Assembly (NCBI RefSeq): GCF_009914755.1 | Contig: NC_060939.1 | DNA from: the human T2T-CHM13v2.0 reference genome, Homo sapiens | Length of the DNA stretch: 64,000 bases | Strand: one strand, 5' to 3' | Shown here: piece by piece, positions 49,165 through 63,853 of the stretch | How positions within the stretch are numbered: the first letter of the stretch is position 1 | Layout: each line of letters opens with the position of its first letter | Position numbers and translations under genes: made by a program | Notes under the pieces: model-generated | Databases searched by the model: none | Told to the model about the DNA's origin: nothing | What the model saw: the letters and a program-made list of their open reading frames with translations, nothing else

Positions 49165-50460
49165 TCACATTCATTCATTCATGTATCATTCATTCATTCT
49201 TCATGGAGCTCCTGCTGTGGAAGGCACAGGGCTGGCTCTTGGAAATAAAATGGCGAACCAAAGCAGACACCTTCCTTGCCTTACAGTCTAGAGGGGGAGA
49301 TAGATGCGAATACCTTCCCTGCCTTACAGTCTAGAGCAGGAGACAGATGCGAATCAGATGGCCTTTCCGACAAAATGGACAGTTCCAGCCAGGACTAGTG
49401 GCGTGCATGAGCGGCATACAGTGTGTGAAGGCCTTGACTATGGGGGACTGGCCTGGTCAGTGAGGTCAAGGCAGACTTCGTCGATATTCAAAGTATGACC
49501 TGAAGGATGAATAGGAGCTAACTACAGGAAGGGGGAGAGGGAAGAATGTTCTCGGCCGAGGGGAGAGCATGTGCAGAGGCCCTGGGCAGGACAGAAGGAA
49601 GCATGTCAGGCACAAAAGGCTCAGAGGGACAGGTGGCGAGGGGGGAGTGGGATTTTTCCTCCATATTAATGAGCTGCACCTTTAACCCCAAAATAATGGG
49701 AAACTACTGTTGGTTATGAAGGCCACGGGCTATGGATTTGAGCTGACTTGCATTTTGGCACTATCGCTCGGGCAGCATTATGGAGAACAGATTGGAAGGA
49801 GCCATGGTGAGTTTGGGAAGAGCAGCTGGGAGGCTACTGCATTTGTCCAGCCCGGGGACAGACTCAGGGGCAGAGATGGAGAGGATTGGAGGAAGCTGAG
49901 AGATCTTGAGGAGGCAACACTGCCGCGATTCGGGGGTGGATTGGCTATGGAGGGTGAAGAAGGATAAGTTGAAGGCCTGGTCCCGTGTCCAGCTTGGGCA
50001 TTTGGATGAATGCTGTGGCCATTGGCTGAGACAGGGAAGGCCCGAGCGGGGGTTAGCCAGCAGACTCACTTTCATAAACTTATGTTCAAGGTCTCTGTAG
50101 CCACACAGGTGGGGAAGTTAAGGAAGCAGGTGGCTCTTTGGATCTGAGTCTCAGGATGGCTGCAGGGTCTGAGAGCCACCTCTAAGCCATCTTGTCTGGG
50201 TGGTGACTAAGCCATTGCAGTGGAGGTCAGGGCCTCCCCTACCCCCACCAAGGAGGAAGTGGATGGGATTAACCAGAGAAAGTCGAGTCAAGGGAAGAGG
50301 CACCCATTTGCCAGCATTTGCCACCCAGGGGAGGCCTGGCCTGCAAAGGAGACCGAGAAGGAAATGAAAACCTCAAGGATGAGCAGGTTGCTGGGAGGGA
50401 GGGTTTACCGCTGCCAGGTCCTGCCAGGCTCAAGGAAGTAGACACTGAAAATATCTGGCT
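49165..50460 (-). mobile_element. L2 LINE, ~1.3 kb
   Basis: cattcattcattc tail; cctgaaggatgaataggagcta; ggattggctatggagggtga; aaggagaccgagaagga. Confidence 0.75.
49269..49354. repeat. 43-bp tandem duplication within L2
   Basis: 49269-49311 vs 49312-49354, 4 mismatches. Confidence 0.9.
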
Positions 50461-50914
50461 TTAGGTCATGGTGGCCTCTCTGCCTGGACACTATCATCCA
50501 CTCCCAGGATGCTAACAAGCCTCTTCTTGCCAGTGTCGTCTGGATGTTCTGCTCCAGCTCCCGGTTCGTACCTGATCTAGAGCTCTGCCATCCTGACATT
50601 ATCAGTACTCATGCACGCCACCTGCAATCCGAACAGAGAACTTTCAACTGACTTCTTTTTGCTTCTGGGAATGAGGTTTTTTGGCATTTTAAAGCTTGAA
50701 TTGGAAAGGTGGGGAGTGCTGGAGAGTGGTGTTTTTCAGAGGAAGCCATCACTGAATCCTATTCCCCTTGTCCCTTCTCCTGTACCCCCATTTCCCTGCC
50801 TACCTCCCCGAGGAGGATTTGGAAACAAGGGATGAAAATTTGCCTTTCTGATCTATGGACCAGCATTTAGAAAAACCAAATTTCTATGGGCTCCGATGAA
50901 GCCTGTAATCTGGC

Positions 50915-50990
50915 ATTTAATTCAACTCACTTCAATAAGATTCAAGTCAATTCAATTCAAATCAGTCAATTCAAATTAATCCAAGAAACT
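50915..50990. repeat. Degenerate (AATTC)n tract
   Basis: aattcaactc...caattcaattcaaatcagtcaattcaaatt. Confidence 0.65.
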
Positions 50991-51626
50991 TATGAGAGTC
51001 TTTGTGTTGGGCAGGGTGGGAGACAGGGAGACCTCAAGGCTTCAGGGAGTAAAACGATTCAGTGTCTTGAGGGAGCCAGCTGGGCTGCTGATGGCAGGGC
51101 CTTTGTGGCAGTCCAGGTCCAGGGGAAAAGGGGCTTCCCCGCATCCAGGAAGGAAATGGGTTAGGGCCGGCATTCTGCAGAGAACCACCTCTTTGCTGGG
51201 CTGTGAAGCAAGGAAGTGGGAAGGTGGGCCATGTGGCACAGACACGCAAGAGATGACTCCGCCTAGCCTGCTGCTTGCCTAGTTCTCAACAAAGCAGCCC
51301 ACTGTTCACATCCCACCTGTGCTTCTCCAGAAAGCTGGAAAGCACCAAAGGCCCTTTTCACTCCTACCTGCTCTGCCACCATTCATCCCCGGGTCCCCGA
51401 GGCTGGTGGGTGATTCAGCTTGGAAGACTGTCTCTCACCCCACCCTGCCCCTGCCAGCCCAGAGCTCCTGAAGCCTGGCCTTCTGTCTGGGGCTCCTCCT
51501 TAGGGAGGAATTCACCAATGTCTCTGGAGCAGCAGGGGTTTTGCTCCAGGGAAGGGCTTCAAGAAACCTGATCACACTCTTCATTGGCTCTTTAGTGGTG
51601 TCCTCTGGCAAAGCAATGGAGTTTTG

Positions 51627-51830
51627 CTCATTCATTCATTCAACAAACACTTCTGCATGTCTGCCAGGTGACTGGGCGACAGAGCTAAACAGGACCCACG
51701 TGGCAGCTGCTCTCCTGGACCTCACGGGAGTAACCGCAACTGGTGGGTGCTGGTGGGTGAGAAGCAGGATGAAGGAGCATTAGACACTCTGGGAGGGAGG
51801 CCTGGGAAGGGGTATCACACCCCAGAGTGG
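51627..51830 (-). mobile_element. L2 3' end
   Basis: cattcattcattcaacaaacactt...ctgctctcctggacctcac. Confidence 0.65.
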
Positions 51831-52884
51831 TACTGCTCTGAGTGACAAAGGACACAGACACTATCTGACCCAGTTCCTTCCTTGCATTTGAAGCCAGCAA
51901 GGTGACAGTTGTCCAAGGAGCCTCTGCAAGTTGATAGCAGCACTTCTGGCTCCAAGCCAGAGCAGCTCTGTCCCTTTCTGCAGGGCTGTGCCTCCCTCTC
52001 CAGGATTCCTGGGCCTGAAAACATTTCTCGGGTTTATTTGACAAAGCAAGAGGGCAGTGGCGGGGCCAGGCCCTTGCTGGGTGCTCTTTTAGACAGTTTA
52101 TTCAAGGACGCATCAGTGACCAGCCTGGTAAGGAAGGCTCAGGCCCCTCTGAGGGGAGGGCAGGTAGAAATTCTCTGCTCAGTCTGCAAGAGGGCCTGCT
52201 CCCCAAGCAGCGCCCTAATGAGGCCCCCACCCCAGGACTTTGGCTGGACTTCTCCGCTGAGTAAGAGCTGCTGCTTTCTGGTGGGCCAGCCCCACTTCTC
52301 CAGGGTGTGTCATGTAGACAGACCTCCGTTTCCTCCTCTGTCGTAGAGCAATAACATTGGCTCTCACCCCCATGGAGTTGCTGGGGAGAACAAAATGGGT
52401 TTGTGTGTGGGGGTGGTGACAGTCAAGTACCTGTGCAGGGCTGGACATATGGGAGGGCTCTGTAAATGTGAGATGTTATTAACAGGCATGCTGCCTTCTG
52501 GAGCTTTCCAGGGCCTTGGCCCAGGTGCAGAACAGCACACTGGGACCCAGGAACCCTGGGTTCTCTTTCTTTCTGGTGACCTTGGGCCCCTGAACCCCTC
52601 AGACTGCTTGGACCTTCTAGGTGTTGGCCTCCCTCTCATAGGATGATGCCTGGGCCTGGGGCCCTGGAGATCTGGCCAGGCCAGAGTGGGCTCCCCCAAG
52701 CCACCTGCCAGGGCAGGAGCTGTTGGAAGCCATTTCTCTTCTATACCGTCCCAGCCATACTCTCCAGCTCAGAATAGACCCAGTCCTCCACTGTTACAGC
52801 CTAGAGATTCCACCCCCTTTGGGTTGGTCACTCTGGGCCACTCCTGCAGAGAATGAGAGAAATTAGCTGAGAAATAAAATCGCA

Positions 52885-54110
<1,226 letters not shown>

Positions 54111-54884
54111 CTTACACTAATTAATGAATCAAATGATCTCTTGGCAGAGATACTGAGAGTAAGACAGAGACATACCAGGGTGTGAACCCCAGGCTGCAGC
54201 CCTCTCTTTGTGTTGTCATGGGGTCAAGGGACATGCCCTTGAGCTGAGGGTCAAGGCCTGGGAAAGTTCCCACCCAGCCCCAGGGCCCAGCCCTCACAGG
54301 GTGGTGACTCATGGGCACCCGGGAAGTTTCGGTTCCTGTGGTTTTTGCTCTGTTCCAGTGGCCTCCTCTGCTGGGACACATCACTCTCCTGGCTGCTGGG
54401 ATTCTAGCAGCCCACTGGGCCTGCTGCGTCCCTATCTCTGGGTATCTTTAGATGCTGTCTCTGGCCTGTCCTAGGAGGGACTCAGACCTTTAGAATGCCA
54501 AAGCAGAGGGTCCCCAGCCCTCTCAAGTGCTATCCTCAATGTCTGGCCCATCACAACCCTGCAGCCCCTGCCATGAACACTGACCTCAAGGGGTCACAGC
54601 TGCGGTGGCTTTGCTCAGAGCAGCCCCTGCCAATCTTAAAGTGGATGCTAGAAGGGAAGGCCAAGTGAGAATCCTGGGCGAGCCATTTCCTGTCTTTCTG
54701 TGGGTGTTGGAGCAGGACGGCGGGCGGCGTGGCCGGCTTGGGGGTGGAATCCTTGCCCTTCTCCGCCTCCTTTGCCAGGTGCAGGATGGATGCTGAGAGT
54801 CTATTTTGCAGATGAGGCAACTGAGCCCATTGCGTTCTGCCTGTTAGGTGTGGTGCAGGTGCCTGGGCAGATGTGTACTCCCGA

Positions 54885-54980
54885 GCCAGCTCCTCAGCCG
54901 CATGACCTTAGGTGAGTCACATCGCTACTCTGGGCCTCAGTTTTCTCATCTGCAAAGTGGGAACAATAATATTTTGTTTT
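54885..54980 (+). mobile_element. MIR
   Basis: tgaccttaggtgagtcac...ctctgggcctcagttttctcatctgcaaagtggg. Confidence 0.75.
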
Positions 54981-55419
54981 TGACTTGCTGGCCACAAAGG
55001 CCCTGGATGAAAGGTAACTTCATGTGGTTGACTGCTCTGAGCTCCCTCCTCCTGAACCTCTAATGTGCCCGCTTCCTAGGGAATGCAAGCTTCCAGAGGG
55101 CCAAGCTTTTGCCCAAGTAGTTGCAGCAGGGGCCTGGAGCAGTCAGACCTACTGGGGAAGCAGGTGAGGGGGTTAGTTCCTGGGCACCAGGGTGACATTG
55201 CTCAGGGATCATAAAATTCACGTCCTCACCCACGTCCTTCCTCTTTATTTTGACTCAGAGCCAATCCTTGCTTGCTCTTCACTGAGACCAGCCTTCATCT
55301 GCAGAGGTCTCTGGGAGGGAGAAAGGTGCTAAGGAGCTAGGCTTCCCTCTGGGAGGCCCATCTGAATAAAAATAACCAACTTGCCTCACCATCAGGTCTC
55401 GTTCAAGTACCTTCTGGGT

Positions 55420-55580
55420 GCTTTACAGAGGTTAGCTGATTTTCTCTTCTCAGCCAAATGATGGGGAGAAATGCCCCATTTCATAGATCAGGAAGCTGAG
55501 GCACAGAGAGGTTTATAGCTTGACGTCACCCAGCTAGAAAAGAAGGAGCTGGCATTTGAAATCAGGCAGCCTGGCTCAGA
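55420..55580 (-). mobile_element. MIR
   Basis: ccccatttcatagatcaggaagctgaggcacagagaggtt. Confidence 0.75.
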
Positions 55581-56084
55581 GTGGAGAGGAGACAGAGGTG
55601 AAGTCAGCCAGGAGGTGGAGACACCAAGAAGAGCAGGGGAAGGCCCTGGGCAGGGAGGTGAGGAAGCCCCAGGTGAGTGCCATTGCTAGCACCCGTACTT
55701 GGGGTCCCCAACCAACTCATTTCTCTATGCCAGCCAGATGGGGGAGGTGAGTAGAGGAGAGGACGCTGTCTTGTCCGTTCAGGGCTTCCTCCTTATTAAA
55801 GCCTGTCAGATTTTCCCCGGAACCTCACAAGGAGGAAAGCAGGGGTTTCCACCAGCAGCCTCGGGTCTGCTCGCCACACAGGGTTTTAGAAGTCAGAGGA
55901 ATGAGGCTAGGTTGGGTTTAGTCTCCATACCAGGTTGCCTCATGCCCACAGTCCTGTGTGCAGGCCTGTGCTGTGTCCCATGTCACACCCCTGGGCCTGC
56001 CAGTATTCGTGTTCCTGCCCCTCTGTGTAAATGTCAGGTCTCCTGGGTTATAGTGAAGAAGTCAGTGAAATGCACAAGGAGGAC

Positions 56085-56210
56085 CTGTTGAGAGCCAGGC
56101 CTTTCACCCTCCTCTGTTTACAGGTGAGGAAACTGGGGCTCAGGGAGAAGTCACTTGCCCAGGGCACCTGGTTTGAGGGAGGAAAGCCCAGATCTGGGAT
56201 TTGGGCCCTG
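56085..56210 (-). mobile_element. MIR
   Basis: tttacaggtgaggaaactggggctcagggag...cacttgcccagggcac. Confidence 0.75.
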
Positions 56211-57399
56211 AAGACAAATCCTTGCTTTTCTCTCTGTGAGAGGCGAGAGGGGCTGAACCCAGCCATGCTCGACATAACCTTGAGCCTCAGCCCACCTCCC
56301 ACTGCCCACCCCCAACACTGGGGGCCTGGGAAAGGAAACTTTTCCACCAGGTACCCACATCACTTTTTCCGTTCTCATTTGCATAGGCCCTCTCTGTGCC
56401 GAGGCCACTTCACACGGGGTCACTGCGGGGTGGCCTCTGGTGGGCTGCATGTAGCTGGCTGCGTTGCTGCTGAAAGGCAGACCACAAAAGCCACACCAGG
56501 GGGTCCCGAGGAGGGGCTGCAGTGTCACATGGTGGCCTTGGCCTCTGCAGCCTGCAGCATGAGGCGGGGGAGCTAGGGAAGGTTTGAAGGGAACCTCTGC
56601 CTCTCCTCAGCCCCACTTTCTACAGAATAACAGAACAGTCACAGAGGCAGGAAGGAGTTCCTTTGTCCACACATCACCTGCCTAAGAGCCTTTGTCCTCC
56701 TCCTCACTGCCTCCATGGCCAGTCTAAGTTTAGCTGTGGTTTCTAGACCTTTCATGACCTGTATCACCCTTTGATCTTTTAGGCCAAGCTGGTTTCTCCA
56801 TCCTTCCTCTCTCATTCCCGCATTTCTATCTCTGTTCCAACCACTGGTGCTTCCTGGAATTCCTGTCCCTTCCTCCCTTCCTCTGCTCAAGAAAACACTT
56901 CCAGGTTTCCTTTAAATCAAACAGAAGCTCCGCCTTCCCTGAGGCTTTGCTTCAGTGGCAGCCCCAACCCTCTTCACCCACCAAGCCCTTCCCCAGACTC
57001 CGCCCACACATAAGGTCTCTGCCTGCTTGGGGGCAGAGCTGCTGGAAGCGGGTTTGGAGAGGCTTCAGGAGGGTGTGAGGGGGAGGCCACCCAGGACAGA
57101 GCAGGTTCAGGCTGAAAACCCTAACCACACAGTCCCAGAGAGGGTAGAGGCAAGTTACAGTCACAGTGAGAGGGAGGAAGGTGGGCTCCTGACGAGGAAG
57201 ATTGTAAGACCCATCTCTTGGCAGGTGCTTTTCTTAGATCCTAAAGTGGTTCCTGTGCCCTGGGCTGGCCAAGGTACAGCCCTGCCCGGGTCAGAGAAAT
57301 CATTTCAATGGCCTTTAAACTCTTTCAGTGATTGGTTTGCTATTGAAATAAGGACGATTACAATTTATAGTTTTAGACTCAGTTTTAAGATACAAGTTA

Positions 57400-57770
<371 letters not shown>

Positions 57771-59659
57771 TCAGTCTCATCTGGTGGGCAGCTCCCTAGG
57801 GCCCCCAGTTGACTACAGCATCTGGTTTCCAGTTTGGGTCCTTGCCTGCCCCTCCAAGACTCTGCCTGCTAGACATCTCCTCACCTTTAGAGCCTGAACT
57901 TTGTGGAAGATGGTGGCCCGGAAGCAGACTGGCCTCCGCTGAACTTCCTGCTCCTCCACTCAGACCAGCTGCGTGACTGTCAGCAGGCCCTTTAACCTCT
58001 CTGGGTTTCTGATGGTTGACCCGGAAATGGATGTAGTGGAACTCATCCTGAAGGGTTGTTATAAAGATTACACTGGTGAGGAGACTCCCTCTGCACACTC
58101 TGGCACCTGGCAGTGCTCCATCAATACTACCTGTTCATACACCCTCTGTGAAAGCACACTTCCTTGCCGTGACAAGTCCTGGCCCCTTCTCGGAGGCCAA
58201 ATGCATCCTGTCGTGGGCATGCATGCACGATAATAGCCCCCCTTCTGTGTGTGGGCTTGTAACTAATTGTTTTTGTGTGCTGGATCTTCCACGGCTCCCT
58301 TGGGAAGTTGGTGCAGTGGGATTATTTTCTGCGTTTCACAAATAAGAAGACAGAGAGGCTTGGGAATGGGATCAAGTAACTCAGCAAGGGAGGGTCAACC
58401 AGGACTGGATCCAGAGCTGACAGCCCCCAGCTCGTGGTGGATTTTCCTGCCATACTTTCCTGTTCCTCATTCACGCCTTCATTTGAAGCCTTTCCAAAAC
58501 CTGAAACAAAATTCCCCCAAACTTCTCAAAAACCAGGCCAAATGGACCGTCGCGCCCCTGCCTGGGCTGGTCCGAGTCAATGCTGACACTGCACATGCTT
58601 GTTTAAGGCCTCGTGCCTCCCTGGTAGCATCTTCCCGCTCACAGGCACCAACATGGCAGTTGCCATCTGTCCAGGTCTCACGCGCAATCCAGGGTGGCCG
58701 CTAACTCTGTCTTCCAAAGCACAGCGTTTCTTCTCTCGGAGCCTCTGGTCCCTGTTCTAGAAGGCCTCCTAGGTCTCACCCGGCTCTGCTCCTCCATGGT
58801 ACCCAGCGTGGGAGGTGGCCGTGTTGTCACAAGGGAGGAGCTTCATCATTTCCACAGCCCGCAGGCCTCCCCCGAGAGGGGACTGCACTGAAGCCAACTT
58901 GCTTGCAGCCCCGGGGGAAGCCACTTTCCTCTCAGTAGGACCCAGGTGGCCAGGACGAGCCTCTAATCAGAGAAGCCCCCTGAGGACTCCCTGCCAGCAT
59001 CCCCTGCCTCTTCTCAAGGAGGCAGGCAAGGGAGAGGGATGGAGAGCTGCGTCAGCGCAGGCACAGAAACACACCCTCCCCAGCCCAAGTTCAAGGGCTG
59101 CCCTCTGTCTGAACTGTTTCTAGCAGATGAGAGAGAATCAGGCCCAGCCGTGGCCAGACGGTCGTCTTATTTTCCAGAAGCCTTTGGAAGCAGGGACTGT
59201 AACCGCCTGCTCCTCTCTAACTTGCCCCAGGAGAGATAATGGGATACTGCTGCCCAGACCTCCCTCAGGCTGGCCCCCACAGCCTCCTGCCCTGCTAGGA
59301 AAATAAATCACCCTAATCAAGTCCCAGGAGTCCTGCATAGGCCGGGGGCTGTGGAGAGGCTTCTGGGCCTGCTTCTGGTGACAGTGGCAAAGCTGCACCC
59401 CCCTGGCCTCGGCTCCCTCAGCTTCTCTTCCTCAGTGTACCATGTACCTGGTGTTTGAAAAGTATCTGATTCTTTTAGAAGCACATTCATGAAGTCGACA
59501 ATGTAATTCTGTCACTGGCTCAATCATTCACTCATTTAGCATAGGTGGAGAAGAGGGTTGGGGGAGCTAGGCCTGGCACCGGCCCTCAGGGAGCGTGACA
59601 CCATTGGATGGTTCTGGCATCAGCTGACTGAGTGAGCGATGGCGGCTCAGAGTCCGACT

Positions 59660-59835
59660 GTGGGTCAGGCAAGGCCCGAGATCTAGAATACTCTGCTCTG
59701 CAACTTTCTGTGTGACCTTGGGCAAGTTACGCAGCTGCCTTGAGCCTGTGTTTCCCTGCCTGAAAAAATAAGTTTGTAAGGATAGAATGGGACAGGAAAG
59801 CCCAGGGCTTTGCATATGGTGAGGTCCCTTAACTA
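59660..59835 (+). mobile_element. MIR
   Basis: ctgtgtgaccttgggcaagttac...tgagcctgtgtttccctgcctgaaaa. Confidence 0.75.
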
Positions 59836-60389
59836 GCAGCTACTATTTCACCCTCATTTCACAGCTGGGGCACTTGGGGGCAGGAGCTATGACCTGATAA
59901 ACTTCCTCCCTCAGCCTGTTTACAGAGAGCCTCCACATTCAGGTCTCACATGAGCTCACCTGGAAGAGGGTGGGGCCAGGAGCTTGCAGGTAGAGTCTGC
60001 CCAGCTCTCAATGGGAGCTCACAGCCTCAGAGGAGAGGAGAGGAGAGCCTGAGACCAAGAAATGGGTACCTAACTAGGAAGACAGAAACTGCAGGTCTCT
60101 GATGGAATGCCAGCCAGTAGGAGAGAGACGTGGCACCAGCGTGAGCCTGTGGCTTGCAACGGCTTCTTGGATGCTGCCAGCCCGGCTTTTGGGGTCAGAA
60201 CAGCTTTTTAGGGACTGGAAGGGGAAGGCTGTTTCAGGGGATTGGGAACAACACAAGCAAAGTTCGTTTTAAATACATGATACAGAGAAAAGGGGGCTTT
60301 GGCGACAGCCAGGAGGCATGGTTCTGCCTTGGGTCCATCCTCTCTGGGCTGCAGAGGGAATAGGCCTAGAAATCCTAGCTTGTTTCCTG

Positions 60390-60545
60390 TATTCTTCTTA
60401 TCTGTGGGCATGGTTCTAAGTGCTTCACAGAGATTACCTTATTTAACCCTCACTGCACCCTGCGAGGCGGCACGGCACACTGTATCACCCAGGGAGCTAA
60501 GGTCCAGGGCTGGTGGAGCATCTTGCCTGGGCTCACAGGTTTTCA
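60390..60545 (-). mobile_element. MIR
   Basis: ggcatggttctaagtgcttcaca...ttatttaaccctcac. Confidence 0.65.
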
Positions 60546-62334
60546 AAGGGCAGAGGGAGGAGCATGAACACAAGCAGCCTAACCCACTGCCCTGTGACTT
60601 GGGACCCTCTGGCACTGGAACCGTGAGGCCCCTGGACCACGGCAGGGGAGCTCTGGGGCGCTGTGGTTGGCGCTGCCTGCACAGACCTGCCTTAGCTGTT
60701 GATAATAGCGTCTCCGTGGCAACCCTGCCGGGCCTCCCTGGAGCCCAGCTGGCAAGCCGTCCTCGCCAGGCTGTGTGGCGTGTCCTTCTCTACGCAGGTG
60801 TGCAGAGACAGCCTGGGATTTGGAAGGCCGGGGTCTTCTGCCTAGATTCTGTGGGAGCCGTGCCGCTTAGCCTCTCAGACTTCAACTGTTCCCATCTGCA
60901 CAGGGACATCACAGTGCCCTCTTCACTGATGATGCAGGGTTGGGGCACTTGTGGATGGGCAGCAGGGCCCAGCACCCCCTTGTTTGAGATGCCAAGGGAT
61001 GTCTGAGCTGAGCCGGGCACTAGGATCACAGTCAACACAGACATTGGCCAGATGAGGAAGCTGCCGCTCAGGGGTGCTTATTGGCCACCCCAAAGTCACA
61101 CACATAGGAGGTGGCATAGCTAGATAACTCCCAGAACAGTGCCCTCCCTGCCCACTCTCCCCAGGAGGAGGACTGGTCCTCTGCTTAGCCTTAAAGAAGG
61201 CCTCAAGCTCACCAGCGCACGTGGGGCTGGAGGTGTCCCCAACTGGCTTCAGCACAGGCTGGGTCTACAAGAGGAAAGAAAGCCACACAAGGCATCAGTG
61301 GTGACCTGGCCCAGTTGTGGCAGGAGGCCACTCAGGGGGATGGGCGGCTGTGGACAGATGAGGCATTTCCCTGGGGAAAGCCCCTCCCCAAGTCCCTATG
61401 TTCTTTCCCAGCCCTCTTTCCTTCCAAGCACCCCCGGGGGCTGCCGCCCCAAAGCGAGGGCATGGGGGCAGAGCAGAGGTTCTGCAGCTCTCATGTGGCC
61501 TCGCAAGGCCAGGCCTCTGGGTTAGGACTGTGCAGGAACTCATTTTGTACCCACACAAAGTGGAAACACCCTAGCAGCTGGCACTGGAATTCATCTAAGA
61601 GAGAGAACAATTTCTGTTAAGAAAACTCTGTGGATGTGTTTGGGGTAGGAGGGAAACTTTTCACAGGAGGGAGGCTGTTCTGCAGAGATGAGGGAAGAGA
61701 ATGTGGAGCTGTCCCAGCAAGCATTTGAGGGAGGGCGGAGAAGCAGCTAGAGGGAGGGCATGGTACCCCAGGGTGACTCCCAGACACCCCATCATCCGCA
61801 TCTTGCCTCCCGTGCAGCCCTCGTCATGGGAGCCTAGAGGCAGCGGGGCCTGGAGGACTGCGCCCCACCAAGCACTCAGGAGTTAGCCGGAATTTGGAGG
61901 ACAGGCTAAGACAGGGGAGGGATGCAGGTTGCACTGAATGCTACTCTGCAGGTAGAGATCTATGGAGGCCACCTCCCAGCTGGTAACCAGAAGTGGCTTC
62001 AGGTGTCAAATCCAGCGTTTGGCAAGTTTAGTCTGGCTGATGGCAAATGGTTGTCTTCAAACTCACCTTCTCTCTTTTCTGTCCTTCTGGCTCCTTAATA
62101 ACTCTCTCCCCTAGTTCCACCTTGACTCATTCAGAGATGAAAGGATGCTACAGTCTCATGTCGCCTGAGGTTTGGTGCATCCCCTCCACTCTCAAAGGGG
62201 CTATTAGACCTTAAAACTGGCTCCTGAAGAGGGAAATGCCAGACCCAAAGTCAAAACTGTCCAAGGGGTCTTGCAGGTCTCTGCATCAGGGAGGAGAGAA
62301 TCCCAGAGTGGGGCGGCCTCTTCTGAGGGGAGAA

Positions 62335-62840
62335 GCAAAGCGACGGCATGCCGGGGTGCCATAAAGCTCAGTCTAGCACAGCAAAGTGGCAAAAAGGAAG
62401 AATAAAACACCCATCTATTTAAAAGAGTAACGACAGGGAAAAATACATTTTCATCAGTTTGTCTTCTCGTGGCTGAATCCCCGCAGCAAGCTCCAAATTC
62501 CGACGTTAGGAAATAAATCAAAATAACTTTGCTGTGTTTAGCCTCATTTTGCCGCGCCGCTCGGCTCCGAGTTAAAAAGCAACAGGTACCGTGGTGTCTC
62601 TCCCAGAAACACAGGAACGGTTTTAAAATGCAATTATGGGGGTTGGTGGAAGGGAAGGGGAAAAATGTTTTTCTTCGATTGATGCATGATTGCCCCCATG
62701 CTGTTTGGAATCGTATTTTCGCTGAGCTCTGCTAAGAAGTGCTATTTACAGGGAGCCTGACAGACGGAAGCGATTGGGTTTGGCGGGTCTAAATGTATTA
62801 TTTTAGCAGGCCTCCAAGGAAAGATTCTGGGAGGGGCGCT
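62335..62840. promoter_or_regulatory. Candidate conserved enhancer with retained CpGs
   Basis: No repeat recognised; ~22 CpG in 500 bp by hand count; ATAAATCA 62513, CAATTATGG, TGATGCAT, TGACAG 62758. Confidence 0.55.
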
Positions 62841-62940
62841 GGCCTTTTAAAGTGCAGAGGACAATGGAGCTGCTCTGCCTCAACCCTGCTTGTCAAGACC
62901 AATCAGCCAGCCTGGAAACAGCTCCTGCTTTCTACAGAGG

Positions 62941-62989
62941 CCTGCCTCCTGCCTCCTGCCTCCTGCCTCCTGCCTCCTGCCTCCTGCCT
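62941..62989. repeat. (CCTGCCT)7 perfect heptamer tandem repeat
   Basis: Direct count. Confidence 0.95.
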
Positions 62990-63138
62990 CCCCGCCTCCC
63001 CCGGCCGCAGCCTATTCTCCCCTCCCCTGCAGCCCTTGGCTCCCACTTGACAAATCCCATCAGTCAGTCGTTCACCCAGCTAGGACTTCCTGAGTCAGTC
63101 TAACAGGCTTGGCTCTTTTCTAGGCACTGCAGGGCTTC

Positions 63139-63853
<715 letters not shown>

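Noticed and set aside
49269-49354. CRISPR-like direct repeats (also 39898-39965)
   Set aside because: Only two adjacent copies, no spacers, no cas genes, and a eukaryotic repeat context
60299-61006. Longest ORF (235 aa, +)
   Set aside because: Runs through MIR fragments, has an alternative start, and shows no recognisable domain or exon structure. Consistent with a chance ORF in GC-rich DNA.
62793-63103. ORFs with repeated ASCLLPP
   Set aside because: Translation of the heptamer repeat in all three frames
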